A stretch of 62,950 bases of DNA, the filler included, from Reticulomyxa filosa (taxonomy: Eukaryota; Protista; Foraminifera): assembly GCA_000512085.1 (NCBI GenBank). It is 20 parts of 20 records of this genome, joined end to end, with 100 filler letters (N's around TTAATTAATTAA, not from the genome) between each part and the next. Parts side by side here need not be neighbours in the genome. Positions count along the whole stretch, not along the records: positions 12,679 to 21,951 come from ASPP01019998.1; positions 22,052 to 23,951 come from ASPP01033577.1; positions 24,052 to 26,538 come from ASPP01028291.1; 17 more parts are not named here. One strand, written 5' to 3'. This document shows positions 12,679 through 24,309 of the stretch, piece after piece. The notes under the pieces are model-generated. The model searched no databases, had not been told where the DNA came from, and was given only the letters and a program-made list of their open reading frames with translations. Numbering within the stretch: the stretch's first letter is position 1; each line of letters opens with the position of its first letter. Both the position numbers and the translations under genes were made by a program.

Positions 12679-13385
12679 TTATTATTATTGTTATTGTTAT
12701 TATCATTATTATTGCCATTATTGCTACCATTGTGATTATTGTGAGATCCGAGTTGAATTGTGAATGATGTTGGATTGGAATTTCTTGACTTATTTTCGAG
12801 TAAAGTGTGACCATTAGATTGTGTCCGAATGGACTTTTGTCCATCTTCATCCCCATTTCTGTTCGCGCTCTCTCTTGGATTTGATGTCGTCTGTTTGGTA
12901 TTCACCAAACATAAAAGGGGCACAAACAAACCAAAAAATTGTCGGATTGCATATTTGATCGAACTTACTCCCCTTTTGCTTTACTTCTGTTCAGACGACG
13001 AGACATATCGTGCAAACAAAATGCAAAAAAAAAAAGATAGACTAACATGTACAGTAGCAAGTTGCTGCAATGTGTTTGAAGAAGAAATGGAATTCGAAGC
13101 AGGTCTATCAATTCAAATAAATTGCAAAAATATTGTTCTTTAATACTTTTTGTGCTTGAATGAACCAAAAATATCGACACGGAAAAAAAAAATTGATGGA
13201 ACAATCAATAAATCATTTAAACCCACGCACACGCAATTGGCTTTGTTTCGTGCCTGTCTGCTGGCCAATTCTCGAATTACTGTGCGAAGTCGCTCAATTT
13301 CTGTTGACGAAGAACGAACAAATTCCAACTTCGAACGTTTCAATCTCGCTAGTTCCTCTTGTAATCCAGTTATGTCTTCAGACAT
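12679..13385 (-). CDS. Hypothetical protein with N-terminal coiled coil and Asn-rich tail; multi-exon, 3' truncated
   Basis: MSEDITGLQEELARLKRSKLEFVRSSSTEIERLRTVIRELA, then exons running into poly-Asn at the contig end. Confidence 0.55.
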
Positions 13386-13980
13386 GATTGGAAGAGCGGG
13401 GTAATGGATGCGGACAAATTGGAATTCTTTCAAGGGAAAATAAGCTATATTTTTGAATTCAATATTTTAAAAAAATTTAATCCGAACAATTTTGTGCATT
13501 TTTTTTATGAAAAGGAATATTTAATTGTTGATCTTGTCTTGCTGTAAATGAATTGACAGCTAATTATATAAGTTTATATTAATTGAACACTGATGCCCAT
13601 CTTTTAAATGTTAGATAAATATCCCTGCGTCAGAATTGAGGCTTTTTTATGTGATTAAAGGAAAATTGAAGAATGAAACAGTTAATTTTCATAAGGCTCA
13701 TTAGAGCCAATTTGTGTATTTCTACCTCCAACTAAATGGATAAACCTTTTCAAAACTTGTGTTTATTTTATTTTTTGAAAACAAAATCGTGAAGAACATA
13801 AAAGTTGTAAAAAAGACTGAACGAGTTCGCAAAGCAAAACAAAAGGCATTTTTGAATGAGATATTTTATTGTATCTATTTGTTTCCCCATCTGGACTTTT
13901 TCATTCTTTTTGAAGGTGGTGGCAATCCGTCATATTCTTCAACTTTGTCTGACATTTCAGTACCCTATTCAAGAAAAAAG

Positions 13981-16121
13981 TTAAGTATAAAAAAGTTTGT
14001 AAAACATATACGTGTATATGCTTGTAGAATGAAGTTTAACTGTGTTGAAATGCTTCGTTTTGAGATCTCCCAAAGAAAGAGAAGAGGAAGGAGTATTAGA
14101 AACTTTTTGACTTTCGCAATGGTTGACAATAGCAGTGGTATTTGGAGTGACAGGACTGAATTTAAGCGAGCTGTCAGCAGGATGACTGTCAATACTATTT
14201 GCAGTGGTAATGTTGCGAGGAGTCGGCGGCAAGGGGACAGAGATACCAGCATTGGGTCTATTAAGGAACGGCGGTGGCATTTGTAAAGAGACCGAAGGAT
14301 GTTGTTGGGTTTGTGCAAGTTGTTTCTGAATCATTTGAAACCTTTGCACGACCCATTGTTTTTTAGCAGGCTGTTGCAAAAATGGAAACAAAAAGGCTGC
14401 CGAAGGGAGCGCCGACTGTTGTGATAATGACGCCTGGATATCCGCCAATGTGCTTGTTTTCCACCCATTTCCATTGGCAACTCCGAGTTGTGTTAAAAGT
14501 CCATCCGGCTGTTTATCACGATTCATAAGATGGAACGGATACGAACTCATTGATGCCGCAAAGGCATTTGCCGCTGCTTTTGCTGCTGCCGCTGCTGCTG
14601 CTGCAGACGCGGAGGATGTCGATGCTGTTGTCGTCGTTGAATTCGGAAAAGACAAGGGAAAAGAAACTGAGGCAGGAGCAGAGCCAGAAGCAGATATGTG
14701 AGCAGCACTGCAATTAATACTCGAAGTGGACGCATGTGTTGGGGGAAGTTTCCGAACTGTGTGAATCTATTGTTCAATTTCATCAAATAACACACATCAT
14801 CTATTTGTTTTAACATTTTTTTTTTTGACAAAACAAATGGCAATCAATTGTTTCATTTTTTTAATTTAGTAAAAGGAAAAAAAATGATTGCACGTCGATT
14901 TAGAATTTGTTCATTGTTTTAATGCTTATCGTTTGAGTTAAAGCATTTTGGTGTCAACTCAAGTCACTTTGATTACTTTGTTGCCTCCTTTCCAAAAAAG
15001 AAAAAAGGACAGACCTTGGGTTACGAGGGGCAATATATGCACTGCTGGAGACAAGCTACAATGTTTTATGCACAATGTCATTTTTTTTTTTTGCAACTTT
15101 TTTTGAAAAAAAAGGGGCATAGGAAGTTGGGAAAGGGAATTTAAGGCCATGCGTTTTAAAAACAAAAAGTGTCTCCTGGAATGAATCAACGAAGGGATTT
15201 CTTTTTTTTAATTAAAAAAAAAAAGAAAAAATCGCATCTTTTTTTATTAATCAAAGAAAATGTATGTATGTTTGGAAATGATATATGATAACTGATTGAC
15301 CACGTTCATCACAATGAATACACCAACAACTTTGATATCTCGCACCACAACCAATATCTGTCGTCTTGATGGCCACTTTCAACTCTTTGCATTCGTGCAG
15401 CAAGCCTCCCATTTTTTCTTCCGAAAACCATTTCAATCCTGATGAGTATTGATTACGTGATGATATTCCGTATTTTTCCTTTTTTTTTTATAAAAATATT
15501 GGCAATTTTTTCCCCCCTCCTTTGCCCCCTTGAAAATCCAGTCTGCTCGCAATATCGCTCTTTTTTTTCTTCCTCCCCCTCTCAAAAAAAACGTAGCAAA
15601 GAATTACAAACCTGATGGTCTGATTCAAAAGTGGCATTGAGAAAAGCGTCGCTATGGACAAACATGTCAAAGTACGATCGCTGCTGTGATAACTTTTTCT
15701 CTTGAATTGCAATTAAGTGAAGTTCCAACATTTCGTTCAATATGTCTTCATCCTCAATTGCCAATTCATTTGTGTGACTATAGTTGTCATTGTGATTGTT
15801 ATTGTGACTATTATTATTATTTTCATTGTTATTATTATTGTTATTGTTATTGTTATTGTTGTTATCATTGCTGTGGTGGTCCGTATGCAAACCATTCATT
15901 TGTGTATTGGTATATTTGAAAGGATTGCTATCACTTGAAACTCGAGGCGATACTGTCGCATTTGAATCGTCGCGTTTTTTCGCTTTTTTATCCATGTGAA
16001 TACTGTCGTTCGTCGTTGGGCTCCCCAAAAGGGCACTGACATTTAAATGGTCAGCGTTATCATTGTCGCTGTTGCCTTTAGCAAACACTGGAACGTGAAC
16101 TGGGGGAATAATTGTGGTCAT
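13981..16121 (-). CDS. Low-complexity (poly-N, poly-A, Q/P/S-rich) multi-exon protein, possible zinc-finger regulator
   Basis: ORFs 15582-16169, 15251-15436 and 13981-14655 are collinear on one strand with intron-like spacers. Cys/His clusters CWCIHC and, after a 1-nt correction, CIYCP..PRFTQFGNFPQHMR. Confidence 0.5.
15785..15870. repeat. AAT/AAC trinucleotide tract encoding poly-Asn
   Basis: Run of ttattg/ttatta on the + strand; N-run in ORF 15582-16169. Confidence 0.85.
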
Positions 16122-17153
16122 TTTGCAAAAATACAAAAAAAAGAAAAACAAAGAAAAAATGAATATCACTTATGAGCTCTTTGTTTTATGCGCGCTTTGG
16201 ACAACAAGATGTCAAGCCAAATTTTTTGATAATGGTTTTCTTTTTTTTTCTTTCAAAATGCCGTTTGAAAAATATTGTTTTTAAAAAAAAACTAAGTTTT
16301 TGTTTTGACCCCTTAGCGTTTCTAGAAATCCTACTGACTGCTAAAAGGCTTTTACAGTTGCTCACGTTAATTCCTTTAAAAAATCTACGCATAATATGTA
16401 ATAAATATTCAAAATATGTCTTTATCCTATCCATTTTTTATGTTTTTTATTTTCGAATATAAGTTGTGTTATTGAATAACTTTTTTACTGGTATTTAAAT
16501 CTTTTATGTGCTCCACCAGCAATATTTAACTTTTTTATAATTCTTTTTACAGGTTTTTAATTTTGAGATCATTTATTAAAATTTTTGATATCCTCACAAC
16601 TTTAAGTTGCTTTTTTTTTGTTTGAAAAAAAGAGTCTTCTTCTAGCTCAAAAAATCGTGTGTCGGCCAACTTACTATTCCGAAAGCTACATTGTTGCAAA
16701 AAAATAGAGTAAAGGTAAAAAAGTTAATGATGTTTTGGAATTGTAAGCTGACACGGTATAACTCTTGCATACTTGTGTATGAGTTTGTACTACCATTTTT
16801 TCAAAAAAAAATTTTTTTTGTATGTATTCGGACGAATTGCAGATTATAATATAACGCTTCACAGCTTGTAATTCTTTTTTTTTAGATGGTGACATACGTA
16901 AGACTCTTTTTCTCCCTTCCCCTCTTAACTAAGGTACCTAATATTGAACAAGCAGATTGCCCACTTGTAAAATTTTATTGACAGTCTTTTCAAAAAAAAT
17001 AAAACAGCGAGCTGGAGAAAATATACGTTATCATCAGCACAAGATTTACAGATAAGAGTATAGTGATTGTTTCGATCCCACAATAAGATAGTAGAAAAAA
17101 AGTAAGTTTATTTCAGGGATAACAATAAACTGTAAATCATAAAGAAAAAAAGG

Positions 17154-18836
17154 TTAAGAAATGTGCTTGGCAAAGTCTTCAGTTTTGAAAATGCAAACGC
17201 CATCGGCAGGAGAGGTTTCGAACATGGCATCCAAGGGTACGGAAGGAAAGTTTGCATAAAAGTGTTTTTGGACGTGTTCTTTAAAGTCTTGCAACTTGTT
17301 GCACTTGACAATGCCAATGACGCATCCCCCCCATCCCGCGCCAGTGAGACGACATGCTGAGGCTCCTCCTTCCAAGCACACATTACGAAGCAGTTCAAGT
17401 TGTTCAGCGCTGCAGTCGTACTGTTCTTTGCAGCTGAGATGGGATTTGTTCATCAAGTCGCTCATATGAGCGACCACATTGTCATTGTGTGACTCAAGAT
17501 GCTGTTCGCAGAGTTTCCTAAACTGCACCACACGCAAGGCCTCGCTGTATACGTGTAAGGCCCTTTGTTGCAGCAACAGTTTGAACTTGTGTTGACGAAT
17601 TTTGGCGACCACGTCATCAGCACGTTTGAGACCGGCTAAAAAGAGCTGGGACAATTTCGCATCCAACTTGGCGTCGTCCTGTTTTTCTTCTTTATCATTG
17701 GCATTATCATTATCATTATCGTTATCGAACAGTTCTTGTTCAATTTGTTCCAAAGTGTAAGGTTCACTGTCCAATAGGTTCATGCATTTGAACAGCAAGC
17801 CACTCAACTGTGAGCACATTTCTTCATTGCTGATATCATGATTGTGATTGCAGTTCTTGTGACCTGCTTGGAACAATCGATCTTGTACGTCTCGCAATGT
17901 TTGCACCGTGCTCCAGTCTTTGAGCTTAAGGGCTTTGGCCAGCACGACGGCGGCGAGACGACATTCAATGACGCGCATGTTATAATTGCGCGTGCCCAGA
18001 TCGTCAGTCAACTGGTGTTCAGCCAGACTGTTGCAGATGACGAATACGTAGGGCTCGTTTTTGCTCTGCGGCAACAGCACGTCGGCGGTATCCAAATGTG
18101 GCACAAAGGATACGTATTTGGCAAAGTTGCGTCTTCCCGTCATCACAATGCTTTGGTCCATTCCTCCTGTGTTCACCCCAACATAGCGTTCGCATTCCAT
18201 GCACAGCTTCGCAATATCGGTGCGTGTCAAGTTTTTCAACTGGTCCAATACGTATAATAACAACACCACGCTCCCACAGATCAGTGCTGCACTGCTGCTC
18301 AGACCCGCCCCTTTTGCTAATACGCCGTGTACCAAGACGTTCAAATCGGTGGTTGCAAAAAATTCTGTCATGCTGTCATCTTGGGCTCGTTTTGATACAA
18401 TATCAATCACTCCAACGCAAGCTGCGATCACATACTTTGACCAATGCTTTTCTGTCAACAGCTTGGCTCGGTCCATCTTGCATAGCTCTTGCCAATTCAA
18501 TGTTATGTCTTCAAATGCCTTATCTTTATTGCTCAAACGAAACACGCCTCCGTTTTGCTTCTTTGCTGTCTCTCCTGTCACTCGCTGCAATGACACTGCA
18601 AACATTATATCTTTGTTAATTGCCATTGGAAACACCGAGTATCCACAGTAGTCTATGTGCTCTCCGATTATATTCACGCGTCCTGGGCTTCGCACCATAA
18701 ATTCCGGCTTCGAACCCTCAAACTTCTTCCCAAACATCCTCACTATCTCTTGCATGCGCTTCACGTCACACATTTGCTTCGTCCAACCTTCTTGAACCAA
18801 TACATTGTCGTCCTTCTTCACCTTTCTTCGGACCAT
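17154..18836 (-). CDS. Galactokinase / N-acetylgalactosamine kinase (GALK2/GAL1-type GHMP kinase)
   Basis: SPGRVNIIGEHIDYCGYSVFPMAI, GAGLSSSAA, GGMDQS, NYNMRVIECRLAA, RALHVYSEALRV and RLTGAGWGGC. Confidence 0.93.
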   Translation of the reverse strand: MVRRKVKKDDNVLVQEGWTKQMCDVKRMQEIVRMFGKKFEGSKPEFMVRSPGRVNIIGEHIDYCGYSVFPMAINKDIMFAVSLQRVTGETAKKQNGGVFRLSNKDKAFEDITLNWQELCKMDRAKLLTEKHWSKYVIAACVGVIDIVSKRAQDDSMTEFFATTDLNVLVHGVLAKGAGLSSSAALICGSVVLLLYVLDQLKNLTRTDIAKLCMECERYVGVNTGGMDQSIVMTGRRNFAKYVSFVPHLDTADVLLPQSKNEPYVFVICNSLAEHQLTDDLGTRNYNMRVIECRLAAVVLAKALKLKDWSTVQTLRDVQDRLFQAGHKNCNHNHDISNEEMCSQLSGLLFKCMNLLDSEPYTLEQIEQELFDNDNDNDNANDKEEKQDDAKLDAKLSQLFLAGLKRADDVVAKIRQHKFKLLLQQRALHVYSEALRVVQFRKLCEQHLESHNDNVVAHMSDLMNKSHLSCKEQYDCSAEQLELLRNVCLEGGASACRLTGAGWGGCVIGIVKCNKLQDFKEHVQKHFYANFPSVPLDAMFETSPADGVCIFKTEDFAKHIS

Positions 18837-19757
18837 TTAAACCTTTGGAAACAAAGACCCAGGTTATTGTCAATATTACACACACCACAGTCACCACCAA
18901 GGCAATTATATTTCTATCCCAATCTAGCATAGCTTGATATAAGTTTTTATTATGATTATTATTTTTTTTTAATATAGCGCAATTTACTGCTCGGTCTTTT
19001 CCCTCCCTTTTGCTGTTTAAACGATTGTGCTTTGATTGGCCGTTCTTCGCAATTTGGATTAAAAATATTATGAATTTTAATATATTGCAATGCATCATCA
19101 CTTGTATTTAGAGACGCCAGTTAGTACCTGGCTTCTTGTAAAGTCGTTTTTGCCTTGTTTTATGTGCGGTTTAAGCGTACTGATCGGGTTAAAATACCAA
19201 AAGAGCAAAAAAAAATTTTGTTACTTTACAATTGGCTAGTCACATACTTTTTGTTTATTAAAAAGATTTTTGAAAGGAAGACATGTTCCCAAATTTGTCA
19301 TTGCTATTGTGGGGAGATCAACAAAGATTACTCCCCCAATTTGTTTCGATTTCACATTATTCGACTTGAGCGACTGTCTTGAAATTTGCTGAGCATTTTA
19401 AGTGAAACAACGCTGAAAATATTTGAAAATATTTTTAAAACTTGAATTAATAGATAGTTCAACTGGATTTGTTTTCTCAAAATATAAATACAAATATTTC
19501 TTTAAGTCCTCTTATCACGATGTATAAAATTATAATCAACTACTCTCGGGCGAAAAATTTTTAAGAGAAAAAACTTAATCTAATGAAATGTAATTTGAAA
19601 ATAGACAAGACCAGTATAAAAATTGCCTTTTTTTTTAAACACCAAATTCTGAGAAAAGCCTCTGCCTTGAAAAAAGGCCAACTCCAAATTAAGTACTCAT
19701 TGCCCGCTTTTAGTGATAGCTGTGACAGTGTTAAAAACAGACCAAAACAAAAGACAG

Positions 19758-21217
19758 CTAAACGGAGCCTGCAGGAATTGTAGTAACAATTCCGCCAGAT
19801 TGTTTTTGTTGATGCATTTTGACAACTCCGTCGACGAGGTGTTGTGAGAGAGATGGGAGGCCTTTGAGCAACTCTATAGGCAATGGGAAGAGAATGGTTG
19901 AATTTTTTTCAGCTGCAATTTCGGTCAAAGTGCTCAAGTATCGCAACTGCAATGCGCCTGGAGCAACAGCAATGGTATTTGCAGCTTCAGCCAGCGAAGT
20001 TGCAGCCTCTCTTTCTCCTCGAGCACTAATTACCTTGGCCCTCCTTTCTCGTTCTGCCTCCGCCTCCCTGGACAACATTACACATTGGAAAAAGTATATT
20101 TATAAGTATCAACTTAGTGCAAAAAAAAGTCATAACGCCGCCATTGAGCGTTGCATCGATGCAGGTAATTTGACATTTTGAATTTCGACAGCAGAAACGG
20201 TGACACCCCAACTGCTTGTTTCAATTTCGATAATATGTCTCAAGCGCTTGTTAATCTTTTCTCGGTTGCTCAAAAGTTCCTGCAAAAGGGACGACCCAAC
20301 TACCGATCTTTTACGGCACCGTACATAAAAAAAAAAAATACACGTGTGATTGTTTGACACAACTTTGACACATTTTTGTTTGATTTGGTTTGGTTATATT
20401 TCTTTTTACACAGCTTTAATGCCATTCTTTTTGGAGAAAAGTGCATGTACAGATATACTTATGTATATAACCCCCTTCCTTCTCTTCCTTTAATAGCCCT
20501 GTCTCAAGTCTCCGCGAAAACTTGAAAGCAAACCTTAAAGTCGTCGCAGCATAGTTGCTAAATGCGCGTTTGTAATCGTCCACCTCCAGCACTGCATTCA
20601 ACGGATTTTCAACTTTCAGATAGCAAAGTGCATCTACAACCACCGTTACTGAATCTTTCGTTATCATATCTTTTTTTTTGTGGTTGATTTAAGGTTATAC
20701 GTCTTTATTTAAATAATTTTATTTTTCAAATATCTTACCTTGGGGTGGCAAGTCATGTAATACAGTCCTGAGATCCAATACTCTTATTTCGTCAAGGAGA
20801 GGGTTGATGAAAAAGACACCCGGACCTTTCGGACCACCGCTAATTTTGCCCAATCGGAAGATGACCGCTCTTTGGTACGAATTGACTGTGCGCACGATGC
20901 TGAACCAAAAGATTGGTACTATCAGCACGACTAACCAGCCTAAAATCAGCAATACGTATTCGCAACAGGTCCACGTTACTGGATCTCCTTCTTTCCACAT
21001 TGGAACTGCTGATATAACATCATGCATTCGTCGGCGTTCACCCACGGCTGGAATACAAAGTTTTGTATGGGAGTTTTTTAACAAAAAAAACATATACAGT
21101 GCCCCAGATTAAAAAAAATTTATGTTTCTTTCGCACACCTAGCGACACTAAGGGGTCGGTTGATTCTATTTCTACTTCTTCCTTTGATTCGACCGTTAGT
21201 ATTCTCTCCACTGACAT
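19758..21217 (-). CDS. Stomatin / band-7 (SPFH) protein, 5 exons
   Basis: [58 protein letters not shown] and [27 protein letters not shown]. Introns 21138-21048 and 20738-20670 checked and preserve the frame. Confidence 0.93.
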
Positions 21218-22051
21218 TTCTTGCAATAACAATATACTCAAATGCGATATGTGTGAAAATATATTCACAAAAATGCAAGGGAGACTTTCTTCAGCGTCTT
21301 CCTGCTACAACAGGTTGATCATTTTGAGCGTAGTCCTACAACAAAAAAAAGTAAAGACAGAGATAATATCTAACTTACGAAAATCTTAATTTTCCCCACA
21401 AAAAACAAATATTACTTTTTAAAAAATTTACAAGAGTTGGCGTTTTCAAATCACTTTCATAAATCTTCTTATGCAAAGCTTCAAAATCTAGTTGATTGAG
21501 AAATGCAACAGTGTATTGAGAAGCACATGAATTAAATCAAAGAAATTTCGCACTATCAAATACCAAAGGACGTCGAACTAAATCTTCAAACATTCTCAAA
21601 ACTGCAAAAAAAGTTGTTTTAAAGTATTAGCGCCAAGTAAGTGAACTTTTATTCTTTTAACACAATTTTTGATATCTCGTGTAACTTGATTGTTCAGCGA
21701 ATAAATGCAACAAGCAACAATTGGAAGTAATGTATCAGAAATAACACATTTTTGAATACTGGTGACACAGACCAAGACCAAATATTTAGGAAAGAAATCT
21801 TTATGTTTCATTTTTTCTTTCAGATTTTTGATATTAAATATGTTATTTTACTTTTGGTTTTTAGTGATGAAACGCGCAAATATTGTTTTATTGATTACTT
21901 TGTACTAAAAAAAAATTAGATGGAAAGTGGATGATTGATAGCTTATTATCANNNNNNNNNNNNNNNNNNNNNNNNNNNNNNNNNNNNNNNNNNNNTTAAT
22001 TAATTAANNNNNNNNNNNNNNNNNNNNNNNNNNNNNNNNNNNNNNNNNNNN

Positions 22052-22984
22052 AGCTCTTTGGAAGCTTATCAAATTTTTTACCTTTTCTTTCGTACCACAT
22101 CTTTTTAAGGAAAATTACAGCACTTTTGCAGATAGTCGGTAACTCCCTGATACATTTCACCTGTTTTTTATTTTATATATTTACGTATACAAACAGTACA
22201 AAAAATCTAGTTTAAACAATGTACGTACTGATAAAATTGAATTCCAATTGCTCAAGTTGACTTGGAACAATTTTTTGGTTGTCAAATCCGATGTATCGAT
22301 ACGATTCATGATTTCACAGTAAGTTTGTTGAGATTTTGGTTCGTTCAATTGCTTGGTAATCTCGTCAATATTGTTTTCCCAAATCTTAATGTCCCATAAT
22401 GTTAATTGCGATGATATACAATGGAACGCAACCAAGACATCAAATTGGATATTTTTCCATACAATTGAAATGTAAGCCGTTTTGCCTTGTGTATACTCAC
22501 GTTCGACAATGTATCCTCCTCCGGGGATATCCTGTGCTGTCTGTTTGATCAACGTAGCCAAGCGCGAAAAAAATGGACGATATACTATTTCTTCAATAAT
22601 GCCATGATGTGCTGTTCTAAGCACACTTTGTGGAATATTCAGCAAAAACACTAAATCTCCATCGTATGAATCGGCAATTGCTGTTCCTTTTTGAACACTT
22701 CCTCCCAACACCGCCCCAAAAAATTTCGCACCTGACCAATCTTCTTTTTCCTTGCCAAATATACTAAATACATTTTTCTCGCTCATTTCATTATATAAAT
22801 TTCGCGCAGCCTCCACCACTGCTCGGGTTTGATAATCACGTATTTTGTAACGCCTCACGGCATTTTTTACGTTTGAAAAAGCGCTCAAGTTTGAGGACGT
22901 TTCCTCGTTCTCGTCATCTTGTTCCTTTTCGTGTTGCTCATGGATGTCAATAAAGTTTATTTTATCAATAGGTTTGCCATCCAT
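22052..22984 (-). CDS. 2'-5'-oligoadenylate synthetase (OAS)/CD-NTase-like nucleotidyltransferase, 3' truncated
   Basis: VLGGSVQKGTAIADSYDGDLVFLL and IQFDVLVAF give the GS motif plus three Asp. A 68-nt intron (22228-22161) joins in frame to VKCIRELPTICKSAVIFLKKMWYERKGKKFDKLPKS, matching the OAS C-terminal lobe start. Confidence 0.82.
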
Positions 22985-23575
22985 TGGAAAATTCAATCTT
23001 TCACACAATCTAGTCAAAAGAAACTTTAAAAAGAAAAAAACAAGTTGTTGGCGTTGCCTTTTTTAGTTTTCACTTTGAACTACTTGTTAACTTTTCGGTC
23101 AACTCTATAAAAAAGAGTGGAGAATATCCAATGCATAATTGATTGTTTCGTGTTCTTTGCAATTACTTTATAAAATTACAAACATTTATCACGGTCCACT
23201 AATAAATATATTTGGATACAATGAAATTTGTAATATCTTTCTCGTTGTAATCGAGTAATGCATAATACTTTTGGTAATGCAAGATTTGTTATTTGAAGGA
23301 CTGCATCGTCAGTGTTATACTCATTCGAAATAGATGGATTAGAAACAGAAAAAAACTAAATGAAAAATATGTAGCATAATGTAATATTTTTGAAGACATT
23401 CAACAATAAAGACACATTTCACTGTTTTATATTTAATTTTAAAATTGAGCATTAAATAAAAATGTGTAAATGTGCACTTATATTAATATTTATTTCAAAC
23501 TTTTTGATTATGTTTAGTGATCAAGTTAAAGCAAAATGGAATATATTTGCGCTGAAAAAGAAAAAAGTTTGAGAT

Positions 23576-23951
23576 TTATGAAAAAGTAGCATTTGCTAAA
23601 GATGTACAAGTCAAAGGACCTTTAGAAGTCATAAAACGAATTCCGTTAAAACAAGCTTCACAACGATCATTAGTTTTTAAAAAAGGAACAACATCATCCC
23701 ATGGAGTCGGTCCTTTCTTTTTTTTTGGTTTTAAATCAATTTCAGAATCAGGAGTATATCTAGTTAAATCATCATTTTCAAGAATAATACGTTCACCTAT
23801 TGAACAATCTTTAGGAGGACGAATTAATTCAATTTTAGATTTGTCAGAATTACTTGCTGCAAATATCATACCATTTGACATTACACCTCTTAAATCTGTT
23901 GGTTTTAAATTTTTAAATACAATAACAAGTGAATCTCGCACTTCATTTATT
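23576..23951 (-). CDS. EMAPII/Arc1p-like tRNA-binding OB domain, C-terminal fragment
   Basis: NLKPTDLRGVMSNGMIFAAS...IELIRPP..SIGERI; 5' end cut by a linker. Confidence 0.85.
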
Positions 23952-24309
23952 NNNNNNNNNNNNNNNNNNNNNNNNNNNNNNNNNNNNNNNNNNNNTTAAT
24001 TAATTAANNNNNNNNNNNNNNNNNNNNNNNNNNNNNNNNNNNNNNNNNNNNCTCAGAATCTGAAAGTAATATAATTATGAACAATTTCAAAGAGTGGTTT
24101 GAAGCTAAATCGCAACATACTGAAACAAGATAAGATAATACCAACAATTGTTGCCCTTTGTGAAAATAGAATTGATAGCTTTTTGCTATTTGGTCTAACG
24201 ACATTGACACGTGACTTTTGTTTTGCTGCGAGTAACATTTTTCAAGAATGAGCATTATTGAGAACAAATACTTATTTTTTACAAGCAAATAGCAATAATA
24301 AAAAAAATA

